Assembly: GCA_030596245.1 (NCBI GenBank)
Contig: JAUVKN010000002.1
Span: 1-33,697 of the forward strand
Direction: 5' to 3'
Length of the DNA: 33,697 bases
DNA from: Bacteroidia bacterium
GTDB taxonomy: Bacteria > Bacteroidota > Bacteroidia > Bacteroidales > GCA-2748055
Numbering within the stretch: position 1 is the stretch's first letter; each line of letters starts with the position of its first letter. The notes below the pieces were generated by a model. It had not been told where the DNA came from and made no database searches. It worked only from the letters and a program-made list of their open reading frames with translations. A program made the translations under genes and the position numbers. This document shows positions 15,257 through 24,234 of the stretch, piece after piece.

Positions 15257-16282
15257 ATGAAGGAGAAACTTTTTGGAAAGACACTGAAAGAGTTCATGGA
15301 TCTATCTGTAGCCCTGGGTTTGCCCGCTTATACAGGAAAACAACTTTCCGAATGGTTGTATAAAAAAGAGATTTCAGGGTTTGAGGAGATGACCAATCTT
15401 TCCAAAGCAGCACGGACCTTGCTCGCTTCCTCCTATGAATTAGGAATCCATGAACCAGTTGATGTTCAGGAATCCATCGATGGAACAAAAAAATACCTCT
15501 TCCCGGCTCTTTCGGGTAAATTTATTGAAACCGCATACATTCCCGACGGAAAAAGAAGTACCGTTTGTGTTTCATCGCAGGTAGGATGTAAAATGGGATG
15601 TCTTTTCTGTATGACCGGGAAACAGGGATTCCAGGGTAACCTTACCTCGGGAGAGATCCTAAATCAGTACCGGAGCCTGCCCGAATGGAGAAAACTGACC
15701 AATATTGTCTATATGGGCATGGGTGAGCCTCTGGATAACCTGACGGAAGTACTTAAAAGTCTGGAAATTCTAACCTCTGAATGGGGATTTGGGCTGAGTC
15801 CGCGTCGAATTACCGTCTCCACCATCGGTATTACCCCGGCCATGCTTGAATTCCTTGAAAAAAGTGAAGCCCACCTGGCTGTAAGCCTCCACTCTCCCTT
15901 CGATGAAGATCGCAGGAAATTGATGCCAATTCAGCAGGTGTATCCACTGAAAGAGGTATTGAATGAGATCAGATCATGGGACTTTGGTCGTCAGCGCAGG
16001 ATCTCCTTTGAATACATTCTCTTCAAAAGATTCAATGATTCTCCTGCCCATGTAAATGAGCTTTCCAGAATACTTCACGGAATTCGTTGCCGCATCAATC
16101 TGATCCGTTTTCACCCCATACCCGACACACCCCTTGAATCGCCAGATGAATCCACCATTGAGCATTTCAGGGACCTGTTGAATGCCAAAGGAATTACAAC
16201 TACCATCAGGGCAAGCCGGGGCCAGGATATTTGGGCTGCCTGTGGTTTACTTTCCACAAAAAAACTGCAAATTAAAGGTTGA
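15257..16282 (+). CDS. rlmN: 23S rRNA/tRNA (adenine-C2)-methyltransferase RlmN (radical SAM)
   Basis: CKMGCLFCMTG radical-SAM CxxxCxxC cluster, MGMGEPLDN, a full-length RlmN-like layout and a C-terminal ..DIWAACG. Confidence 0.93.
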   Translation: MKEKLFGKTLKEFMDLSVALGLPAYTGKQLSEWLYKKEISGFEEMTNLSKAARTLLASSYELGIHEPVDVQESIDGTKKYLFPALSGKFIETAYIPDGKRSTVCVSSQVGCKMGCLFCMTGKQGFQGNLTSGEILNQYRSLPEWRKLTNIVYMGMGEPLDNLTEVLKSLEILTSEWGFGLSPRRITVSTIGITPAMLEFLEKSEAHLAVSLHSPFDEDRRKLMPIQQVYPLKEVLNEIRSWDFGRQRRISFEYILFKRFNDSPAHVNELSRILHGIRCRINLIRFHPIPDTPLESPDESTIEHFRDLLNAKGITTTIRASRGQDIWAACGLLSTKKLQIKG

Positions 16283-16328
16283 TTTTTTTCGATAAGTGAC
16301 CCATTCATTCCATTAACCTGAAAAAGGG

Positions 16329-17012
16329 ATGTTCTGGCTTCTTGATTTATTGATGTTCTTCTTCCCTGTAAACTGCCTTGTCTGTGATAAACGTCTCACT
16401 TCCCCCGGAGCAGTGCTTTGTTTGGAGTGTGAGTATAAAATGCCGAGAACCGGCTACAGGGATCTTAAAGATAATCCTGTAAGCAAGGTGTTCTGGGGAA
16501 GGGTCCCTGTGGAGATGGGGACCTCTCTGTTCCGGTTTGAAAAAGGTTCGGCTTATCAAACCCTGCTCCATGATCTTAAATACAGGGGGAACAAAAAAGT
16601 GGGTACTCATCTGGGACGTCTACTGGGACATGAACTGAAGCATACCAGCTTTTCAAGCTGTGATTTGCTGGTCCCGGTTCCTTTGCATCAAAGAAGACTC
16701 AGGGAAAGGGGGTATAACCAGAGCGAGATCATTGCCAGGGGCACCTCCGAAGTGATGGGAATTCCTGTGGTATCTAACCTTTTGAGACGAGCTGACCAGC
16801 ACCATTCACAAACTTCCATGGGCCGCTATGAAAGATTTGAAAATGTGTCTGACAGTTTTCAACTGGCGCTGAACCCCCCAAACGTAAATGGAAAAAGGAT
16901 CCTGTTAATTGATGATGTTGTTACCACGGGAGCTACCCTGGAGGCCTGCAGTCAGATACTTTTCAATCACTATAAATGCCTGGTGTATATCGCCACAGTC
17001 TCGTGTGCCTGA
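16329..17012 (+). CDS. comF: ComF-family phosphoribosyltransferase
   Basis: N-terminal CxxC...CxxC (CLVCDKRL..CLECEYKM), PVPLHQRRLRERGYNQS and the PRTase motif ILLIDDVVTTGATL. Confidence 0.85.
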   Translation: MFWLLDLLMFFFPVNCLVCDKRLTSPGAVLCLECEYKMPRTGYRDLKDNPVSKVFWGRVPVEMGTSLFRFEKGSAYQTLLHDLKYRGNKKVGTHLGRLLGHELKHTSFSSCDLLVPVPLHQRRLRERGYNQSEIIARGTSEVMGIPVVSNLLRRADQHHSQTSMGRYERFENVSDSFQLALNPPNVNGKRILLIDDVVTTGATLEACSQILFNHYKCLVYIATVSCA

Positions 17013-17642
17013 TCAGTCATGCTTAATTTTATAAGCGACAGTCAGACAAACTACATTGTGGAAATAACCACGATACCTCGCGTGGTTCCACTCCTCAGGA
17101 TCGCGGAAAGGGATAGCAGAATATGTATACCTCATTCCAATCCCTGTGGTACCATTAAACCAATAACAGAGTCCTCCAAAAACACTCAACCCAAACCTTC
17201 GGTTTTCAGGGTAGCTTTCCGGATCAATGATCCCATCCTGGTCCGATAAGACAGTTTTGACCAACACCTCGGGGGAAGTACCCACCTCCAACTGGATCTT
17301 ATCATCATGAAGGTAATGGACCGATAGTGGGAGTTCCACATAGTGGTATCCGCCCCTGTAAAGGGTAGGATCATTGTCACTCGGACCTTTATATACGCCA
17401 CGCATTACATATTTCATCTCTACCTGCCAGTAAATGTTGTATTCAATGTAACGGTTGATGAAAGCTCCTGCTGTTACACCTAATTTATTGAATCCTGTGT
17501 AGGCATCTCCGTCTATCTGTGAAGCAGTAATACCACCAAAAAATCCTGCATTGAGTTGTTGCCCGTTCGAGTAAAGGGACAACGCCAATATAAAGGAGGC
17601 AATGAAGAGCTTCGGTAATCCGTATTTGAATTCCCTATTCAT
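17013..17642 (-). CDS. Small outer-membrane beta-barrel protein (porin/PorT-like family)
   Basis: Signal peptide ..LFIASFILALSLYSNG/QQ. About 190-aa mature protein with alternating aromatic/Gly strands. The start ATG overlaps the sirtuin stop by 8 nt. Confidence 0.6.
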   Translation of the reverse strand: MNREFKYGLPKLFIASFILALSLYSNGQQLNAGFFGGITASQIDGDAYTGFNKLGVTAGAFINRYIEYNIYWQVEMKYVMRGVYKGPSDNDPTLYRGGYHYVELPLSVHYLHDDKIQLEVGTSPEVLVKTVLSDQDGIIDPESYPENRRFGLSVFGGLCYWFNGTTGIGMRYTYSAIPFRDPEEWNHARYRGYFHNVVCLTVAYKIKHD

Positions 17643-18321
17643 CTGTCAACTCTTTGATCAGTTTATCGACCCCTGTCCCGGCTTTTTCTCTGATCACCCT
17701 GATCCTGGAATAGCCCGGGACAGATACTTCGTTGGGATCAATGATATAGATGGGTGCGTTTTCAGGTGCATGGTTGATCAATCCTGCTGCCGGATAGACG
17801 TTCATGGAGGTTCCTATGATCACAAGGATCTGAGCGGTGGAAACAATTTCAGCAGCCGTTTCGATGGCTGGAACAGCTTCACCAAACCAAACAACGTAGG
17901 GTCGTAATTGGGACCCTTTTTCACACAGATCCCCTTCATTCAGTTCCCAACCGTCAATGTCATAAACAAGATCGGGATCTGTGGTGCTACTCGATTTACG
18001 CAGCTCTCCATGCAGGTGAAGAATATGTGTCGAACCAGCCCTTTCATGCAGGTCGTCAATGTTCTGGGTAATGATCCTCACATCGAAATCCTTCTCCAGT
18101 TCCACCAGCCCCATGTGACCCCAGTTTGGTTTGGTTTCCAACAACTGTTTCCTACGCTCGTTATAGAACCGCAATACAAGGTCCCGATCTCGTGTCCACC
18201 CACCAGGACTTGCTACTTCATAAACGTCATACTCTTCCCACAATCCTCCCATGTCGCGAAAAGTCTTCAATCCGCTTTCTGCGCTCATACCTGCACCAGT
18301 AAGTACTACCAGCCTTTTCAT
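17635..18321 (-). CDS. cobB: NAD-dependent protein deacylase (Sir2/CobB family)
   Basis: GAGMSAESGLKTFRD, TQNIDDLHERAG, catalytic HLHGEL, RPYVVWFGE and IIGTSMNVYPAAG. Confidence 0.85.
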   Translation of the reverse strand: MKRLVVLTGAGMSAESGLKTFRDMGGLWEEYDVYEVASPGGWTRDRDLVLRFYNERRKQLLETKPNWGHMGLVELEKDFDVRIITQNIDDLHERAGSTHILHLHGELRKSSSTTDPDLVYDIDGWELNEGDLCEKGSQLRPYVVWFGEAVPAIETAAEIVSTAQILVIIGTSMNVYPAAGLINHAPENAPIYIIDPNEVSVPGYSRIRVIREKAGTGVDKLIKELTDE

Positions 18322-18426
18322 TTTTCTACACTTTATGTAAATATAAGATTTTGGCTGAACAATTAGTTTCGCTATTTTTAACTATTCGCTTACCAGTCTT
18401 CTTCTGATGAATTTTGTAAAACCTAA

Positions 18427-20400
18427 ATGATTGATCAACAGACCATAAACCAGATTTTTGAGACTGCCGACATCCTAGAGGTGATCTCCGATTTTGTAAC
18501 TCTGAAAAAAAGCGGAGCCAATTACAAAGGTCTGAGCCCTTTCTCCAATGAGAAAACACCCTCCTTTATGGTCTCCCCAGCCAAAGGAATTTTTAAAGAT
18601 TTTAGTTCGGGTAAAGGCGGAAATGTTGTGGGGTTCCTCATGGAACATGAAAAACTCTCCTACCCTGAGGCGCTCAGGTACCTTGCAAACAAGTACAGCA
18701 TCCCCATCGAAGAGAAAGAGCTATCGGCAGAAGAGATACAGCAAAAAAATGAGAGGGAAAGCTTGTTGGCTGTCACTTCCTTTGCCTCCAAATACTTTCA
18801 TGACCAGCTGGAATCGGAAGAGGGTAAAGCCATCGGTCTAAGCTATTTTCGCAAACGGGGGTTCCGGGATGATCTCTTAAAGAAGTTTCAATTAGGATAC
18901 AGTCCTGAGGAGCGAACTGCATTTACCACAGAAGCGGGAAAAAACGGATACAAAAAGAGCTACCTTGTTAAAACCGGACTATCCATTGAAAGAGAAAACT
19001 ACATGTTTGACCGCTTTGCCGGAAGGGTGATCTTTCCAATCCATTCACTCTCTGGAAACGTCATCGGTTTTGGTGGGCGCACACTGAAATCTGACAAGAA
19101 CATAGCGAAATATCTTAACTCTCCGGAATCGGATATTTATCATAAGAGCCGTGTCCTATATGGACTTTTCGAGGCTAAAAAGTCCATTGTATCGAAAGAG
19201 CAATGTTTCCTGGTTGAGGGCTATACCGATGTAATCGCCATGCACCAGGCGGGAATAGAAAATGTGGTAGCCTCATCCGGAACAGCGCTCACCACGGACC
19301 AGATCCGGCTTATTAAACGATTTTCCGGTAATATCACAATTCTTTATGACGGAGATGAAGCGGGAATCAAGGCATCATTTCGCGGCATCGATATGATCCT
19401 GGAAGAGGGTATGAACGTGAAGGTGGTGATGCTCCCCGATGGAGAGGACCCCGACTCCTTTGCCAGGTCACACAGCTCTTCCGAATTCCTTGAATTTATC
19501 AAGTCCAGTGAAAAAGATTTTATCTCCTTTAAAACTCAGATCCTTCTGGTCGAAGCCCAGCATGATCCCATAAAAAGGGCACAATTGATCACAGACATTG
19601 TAAAGTCTGTGGCAGTCATTCCCGACGGTATTATGCGCAGTGTTTTCCTAAAGGACAGTAGCCTGCTTCTGGGGGTTGAAGAGCAGATCCTATACAACGA
19701 AGTGAATAAGATCCGACGTCGTATTCAGGAGCAGAAATGGCGCAGAGAGCAGTCAGGCCGCAGAGAGTATCCGGGTCGTAAGGATTGGGAGGAACAGCCT
19801 CGGACTACACTCCCCCAACAACCATTGGTTCCCGGATTTGTGGAGAATGTATTTTCGGAAATAGAGGAGCGTGAAATTATCTATTTCCTTCTGAAATTTG
19901 GAAACCAGCTCCTTCACTTAAGCAGTGAAGAAAATGCAGAAGTCAGTGTGGCCCAATATATTATCAGGGAGATCCAAAATGATGAACTGGAATTTACCAA
20001 CCTGGTATACAAACAAATCTTCGAAGATGTGAAAGATCTCAATGAACGCAGTGAACCGGTGGCAGAACGCTATTTCGTCTACCACGATCAGGCAGGTGTG
20101 AGAGAGTTGGCCGTAGATATATACACTTCCCGGTATGAATTGAGCAAGGTGTGGAAACGTAAAGAGGCCTACGTTGAAATGCCAGGGGAAAACCTGGGCT
20201 TTGAGATTCCCAAATCATTGCTTTCCTATAAGATGACGGTCATTGAAAAAGCATTGTCCCATCTTAGAAAGGAGTTGGAGAACATTGAAAAGAATAGCGA
20301 TGTCGAAGCACTCAATCATTTGATTGTAAGGATCCAGAGTTTGGAGCAGGTAAAGCGCGAGCTTTCCATCGGTTTAGGAGGACGAACCATTATTCGTTAA
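18427..20400 (+). CDS. dnaG: DNA primase DnaG
   Basis: The N-terminal primase zinc-ribbon region is alignable (SPFSNEKTPSFMVSP..KDFSSGKGGNVVGFLM) but lacks the Cys/His ligands. The RNA-polymerase core and TOPRIM motifs are present (VEGYTDV, LYDGDEAG). Confidence 0.92.
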   Translation: MIDQQTINQIFETADILEVISDFVTLKKSGANYKGLSPFSNEKTPSFMVSPAKGIFKDFSSGKGGNVVGFLMEHEKLSYPEALRYLANKYSIPIEEKELSAEEIQQKNERESLLAVTSFASKYFHDQLESEEGKAIGLSYFRKRGFRDDLLKKFQLGYSPEERTAFTTEAGKNGYKKSYLVKTGLSIERENYMFDRFAGRVIFPIHSLSGNVIGFGGRTLKSDKNIAKYLNSPESDIYHKSRVLYGLFEAKKSIVSKEQCFLVEGYTDVIAMHQAGIENVVASSGTALTTDQIRLIKRFSGNITILYDGDEAGIKASFRGIDMILEEGMNVKVVMLPDGEDPDSFARSHSSSEFLEFIKSSEKDFISFKTQILLVEAQHDPIKRAQLITDIVKSVAVIPDGIMRSVFLKDSSLLLGVEEQILYNEVNKIRRRIQEQKWRREQSGRREYPGRKDWEEQPRTTLPQQPLVPGFVENVFSEIEEREIIYFLLKFGNQLLHLSSEENAEVSVAQYIIREIQNDELEFTNLVYKQIFEDVKDLNERSEPVAERYFVYHDQAGVRELAVDIYTSRYELSKVWKRKEAYVEMPGENLGFEIPKSLLSYKMTVIEKALSHLRKELENIEKNSDVEALNHLIVRIQSLEQVKRELSIGLGGRTIIR

Positions 20401-20786
20401 TTCCTCTTTTCCAGTTTCTGAAGAAGTAGATCCAGCGCCATTTTTACTCCTTTTTCAACGGTCAGATAGTCCAAAATCTCCTTATGCTGGTACAGAATGA
20501 CCATGGTCATTTGTGTGTTGTTCCTCTGGAGACTGGTATAGAATTCAGGTTTATTCAGTCGGTAAGCTTCTCTGATCCGACGTTTTAACAAGTTCCGGTC
20601 CACCGCCTTTTTAAAAAGTCTTTTAGGAACAGATATGGCGACCATGGCTGGATACTGTTCCGATTCTGTCTGACTGTATATGATCCTGATGGGGTATGAG
20701 GCTACAGACCTCCCTGACTGAAACAGAGAAGAGATGGCTTTTTTGCTGGAGAGTCGCTCTCCCTTTTTGAAAGAAAATTCGGGCAT
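20397..20786 (-). CDS. rnpA: Ribonuclease P protein component
   Basis: KKAVDRNLLKRRIREAYR (RNR motif), small and basic. The longest ORF starts on TTG at 20813. The ATG at 20786 (MPEFSFKKGERL..) gives a typical ~129-aa protein. Confidence 0.8.
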   Translation of the reverse strand: MPEFSFKKGERLSSKKAISSLFQSGRSVASYPIRIIYSQTESEQYPAMVAISVPKRLFKKAVDRNLLKRRIREAYRLNKPEFYTSLQRNNTQMTMVILYQHKEILDYLTVEKGVKMALDLLLQKLEKRN

Positions 20787-20830
20787 AAAAAAAGGGAGAT
20801 TTCTCCCCCTCAAGTTAGTAATATTTTCAC

Positions 20831-21592
20831 TTAGGCCTTCCCGTTGTTCTTATTATAATCCTTGATAAAATTTTCAAGCGCCATGGTCATGGAAGGAGCC
20901 TGGGGCTGGGGGGCAGTAATATCCAGGCGTAATCCTGCCTCTTTTGCTGCTTTTGCAGTTTTTGCACCAAATGAGGCTATTTTTGTTTCGTTTTGTTTGA
21001 AATCCGGGAAATTTTGAAAAAGTGATTTTATTCCCGATGGGCTGTAGAATACAAGAATATCATAATTCACATCTGCCAGATCGGATAGATCACTGCATTC
21101 GGTTCTATATAGAATTGCTTTCGAAAATTCGAAATTACTCTTCATCAAAAGGACCGGGATCTCCTCCTTATGTGCAGCTGATAAAGGCAGTAAGAATTTT
21201 TCACTTTTATGCTTATTCATGATCTCAAGGAGATCTGTAATCTGGCCATTTCCGTAAAAAATCTTCCTTTTCCGATATACAATATACTTCTGAAGATAAT
21301 AGGCCGTAGCTTCTGAAACACAGAAATATTTCATCGTATCCTGAATACTGGTACGGGTCTCTTCTGCCATCCTGAAATAATGATTAATGGCTGTCTTACT
21401 GGTAAATATAACCGCTGTGTGTGAACCTATATCAACCTTTTCCTGTCTGAAATCCCTGGCGGTTACCCCCTCAATATGAATAAAGGGCCTAAAATCAATT
21501 TTGAGATTATGCTTGCTGGCTAAGTCAAAATAGGGGGATTTATTATTCTCGGGCTCTGGTTGAGACACAAGGATTTTCCTTATTCTTCCCAT
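20831..21592 (-). CDS. hemD: Uroporphyrinogen-III synthase family protein (HemD-like)
   Basis: ILVSQPEPENNKSPYFDLA..IDFRPFI..TAVIFTSKTAI..YFCVSE..LVFYSPSGI..ASFG.KTAKAA matches the Bacteroidota HemD-like family as I remember it. It sits in the typical position between the DUF4271 gene and rnpA. Confidence 0.75.
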   Translation of the reverse strand: MGRIRKILVSQPEPENNKSPYFDLASKHNLKIDFRPFIHIEGVTARDFRQEKVDIGSHTAVIFTSKTAINHYFRMAEETRTSIQDTMKYFCVSEATAYYLQKYIVYRKRKIFYGNGQITDLLEIMNKHKSEKFLLPLSAAHKEEIPVLLMKSNFEFSKAILYRTECSDLSDLADVNYDILVFYSPSGIKSLFQNFPDFKQNETKIASFGAKTAKAAKEAGLRLDITAPQPQAPSMTMALENFIKDYNKNNGKA

Positions 21593-21614
21593 ATACTATC
21601 CGTTTTTTCTCTGC

Positions 21615-22412
21615 TTAAAGGATACCTTCTAACCACTTGTACAGTAATGCAAGCGGTACTATTTCAAGGGCACAAAGGTACAAAAACATATAGAATAACG
21701 AAACATCTTTCTTAAAAGAAAAAATCACACTTCTAAACAATCGCATCATTACAACCAGCGCAACAGTAAACATGGTCAGCCATAAGAACATCCCCCGCAA
21801 CACCCCGGAAGTGTACACAACAAAAAGCAATAGTGGCAGAATAATCATGCCTATTAACTTATTAAATATAAATACATTATATAAATATTCTCTGAAAATT
21901 CTGATGCGGTTGAATATAAGCCCTGCCAGGTTTATTAACACGATCCTTCCAAAAAAAATTCCCACCAACAATGCCAGGTTAAATAGATATAAGAGGATGC
22001 CATTCAGGTTATTAGGGGTCAATTCCACCTCCTCTTCCACAATAAAGAGCAGAAATGCCATACTCAGGAAATATAATGCATATAAGGTCTTGTCTAATTG
22101 ATTCTGTAATAGACTATTATCCTTAAACATTCTGGTAGCTACCTGAAAATTAGTGGATGCCTGAACAGTTTGGATAAGGATATTTCCATAGTACAATCTT
22201 ATCCATGCAAAAAAGCCAAGAAGTATAAAAAGGTAAATAAATAACCAGACAGGGTTGAATATTTGACTTTTCTCGATCAAATTCAGTCCGCCTTCTACCG
22301 GAACAATACCTTCTGCAATCTTGGATAGCTCAAAAACAGACTGAGGAAGCGTATCCTTAACAGCCTCCAATGTATCTGTGAAAGGCATCATGGTAGAATT
22401 CTGGCCCGACAT
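21615..22412 (-). CDS. Multi-pass membrane protein, DUF4271-like
   Basis: About six hydrophobic helices with no enzymatic motif. The position immediately upstream of the hemD-like gene is characteristic of DUF4271 in Bacteroidota (assigned from memory). Confidence 0.55.
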   Translation of the reverse strand: MSGQNSTMMPFTDTLEAVKDTLPQSVFELSKIAEGIVPVEGGLNLIEKSQIFNPVWLFIYLFILLGFFAWIRLYYGNILIQTVQASTNFQVATRMFKDNSLLQNQLDKTLYALYFLSMAFLLFIVEEEVELTPNNLNGILLYLFNLALLVGIFFGRIVLINLAGLIFNRIRIFREYLYNVFIFNKLIGMIILPLLLFVVYTSGVLRGMFLWLTMFTVALVVMMRLFRSVIFSFKKDVSLFYMFLYLCALEIVPLALLYKWLEGIL

Positions 22413-22430
22413 TTGGAGTAAATTTGATCA

Positions 22431-22438
22431 CAAAGATA
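22431..22438 (-). promoter_or_regulatory. Candidate -7 box (TATCTTTG) for the DUF4271-hemD-rnpA operon
   Basis: Plus-strand CAAAGATA equals TAtcTTTG on the minus strand, 18 nt upstream of the ATG at 22412. Confidence 0.4.
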
Positions 22439-22543
22439 CACATCGGTCATTCTTAAAAAAAGTTAATATAAAGTGATATTTGAATTCTTTGTAGTTCCTT
22501 TAGACCCGGGAATGCACTGTACAGGATCATTAATGAAGAACAG

Positions 22544-24232
22544 ATGAAAAAAACAAAACGTAATATTTTCGTTGGAGGATTGCTCATCATCTTGCTGAGC
22601 TTGGGGTTTACTACCATAAAGAACAAGGACCTTGAACTGGTAAAAAATCTGGATATCTACTACACCCTGTTCAGAGAACTGAATATGTTCTATGTGGATG
22701 AAACTGATCCTGAAAAGCTTGTCACCACCAGCATCAATGCCATGCTCACTTCCCTTGACCCTTACACCACTTATATTCCCGAATCCGATATGGATGATTT
22801 TAAATTCCAAACTACCGGGGAATATGGAGGCATTGGATCGCTTATTCGCAAATCTGGTGATCATGTGATTATTGCTGATCCATATGATGGATTTCCGGCT
22901 GCCAAATCGGGGATCCGTGCCGGAGATAAAATACTCAAGGTGGATGGTGAGCCGGCCGGACAGATGGCCATTGATGCGGTTAGTGATAAATTGAAAGGGA
23001 AACCGGGGACCAACCTCAAGTTGACTGTAGAGAGGTACGGTGAAGATAAGCCTCTTGATTTTTCCCTGGTAAGAGAAAAAATCTCCATTCGCAGTGTTCC
23101 CTATTATGGCATGATCGATGAACATACCGGTTATATCCGCATCGCTAATTTTACAACTGGTGCCGGAAAAGAGGTTGAAAATGCATTAAAATCACTTCAA
23201 CGAACCCATAATATGAAATCACTGGTATTGGATTTTCGTTCAAATCCAGGGGGTTTGCTAATTGAAGCTGTCAGGATCTGTAACCTTTTCATAGGTAAAG
23301 GGGAAATGATCGTGAACACCCGGGGTAAAGTGAAGCAATGGGATTCTGAATACATTACCCAGCAAGAGCCGGTTAACACAGAAATTCCGCTTGTTGTCCT
23401 GATCAATCGGGCATCCGCTTCAGCATCAGAAATTGTGGCTGGGGCCCTGCAAGACCTGGATCGTGCAGTGATTGTGGGACAGAGAACCTTTGGAAAAGGT
23501 TTGGTTCAAACCTCCAGACCCCTCAAATATAACGCTCAGCTTAAAGTAACCACAGCCAAGTACTATATTCCCAGTGGCCGGTGTATTCAGGCTCTTGATT
23601 ATTCCAATCGGAACGATGATGGCAGTGTGGGTGTTATTCCCGACTCCCTTATTTCGGAGTATGAAACCAGAAATGGTCGGCTGGTATATGATGGGGGTGG
23701 CATTCAACCCGATTTCGAGGTTATTCCAGAAATGCTTTCAGAAATCACGCTTCAACTCTATACCCAGAATATGTTTTTTGATTTTGCAACCCGCTACCGC
23801 TGTACAAATGATGAGATAACAGCTCCTGAATCGTTCAATATATCAGATGATGAATATACTTCATTTAAATCTTTTGTTGAAGAAAACGGATTTGAATTTC
23901 AGACTGCCAGCGAAAAGGCTTTTAAGAACCTTATAAAGACAGCAAAACGAGAAAAATATTATGACCTCGCCAGCGAAGAGTTCTTCTCACTGGAGCAAAT
24001 GCTTTCTCATAATAACCTGAAAGATTTGGAAACATTCCGGGATGAGATCAGGCAAATCCTTTCGGAAGAGATTGTAAACCGGTACTATTACCATGCCGGA
24101 AGGATCCTTGCGCAGATCCAGGAAGACATACAGCTTGATAAGGCTCTTGAAGTACTTAATGAGCCTGCCCTTGTGAAAGAAGTACTTACTGGAAACCAGG
24201 GTGCACTTGCCATAGCCGGTGCAACTTACTAA
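22544..24232 (+). CDS. S41-family C-terminal processing peptidase with PDZ domain
   Basis: N-terminal membrane anchor/signal, PDZ (AAKSGIRAGDKILKVDGEP), DFRSNPGGL, catalytic Ser region NRASASASEI and Lys region RTFGKGLVQ. Confidence 0.9.
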   Translation: MKKTKRNIFVGGLLIILLSLGFTTIKNKDLELVKNLDIYYTLFRELNMFYVDETDPEKLVTTSINAMLTSLDPYTTYIPESDMDDFKFQTTGEYGGIGSLIRKSGDHVIIADPYDGFPAAKSGIRAGDKILKVDGEPAGQMAIDAVSDKLKGKPGTNLKLTVERYGEDKPLDFSLVREKISIRSVPYYGMIDEHTGYIRIANFTTGAGKEVENALKSLQRTHNMKSLVLDFRSNPGGLLIEAVRICNLFIGKGEMIVNTRGKVKQWDSEYITQQEPVNTEIPLVVLINRASASASEIVAGALQDLDRAVIVGQRTFGKGLVQTSRPLKYNAQLKVTTAKYYIPSGRCIQALDYSNRNDDGSVGVIPDSLISEYETRNGRLVYDGGGIQPDFEVIPEMLSEITLQLYTQNMFFDFATRYRCTNDEITAPESFNISDDEYTSFKSFVEENGFEFQTASEKAFKNLIKTAKREKYYDLASEEFFSLEQMLSHNNLKDLETFRDEIRQILSEEIVNRYYYHAGRILAQIQEDIQLDKALEVLNEPALVKEVLTGNQGALAIAGATY

Positions 24233-24234
24233 TT

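Noticed and set aside
16329-18321. PRTase (ComF-like) and SIR2-domain genes close together, reminiscent of defence-system effectors
   Set aside because: Both are full-length matches to the housekeeping ComF and CobB-type families. They lie on opposite strands, separated by an OMP gene, with no sensor, nuclease, reverse transcriptase or other partner.
22463-23125. 220-aa ORF antisense to the 5' part of the S41 peptidase gene
   Set aside because: It overlaps a strongly supported CDS and has low-complexity shadow composition with no motifs. Its 3' end runs into the promoter spacer of the divergent genes.
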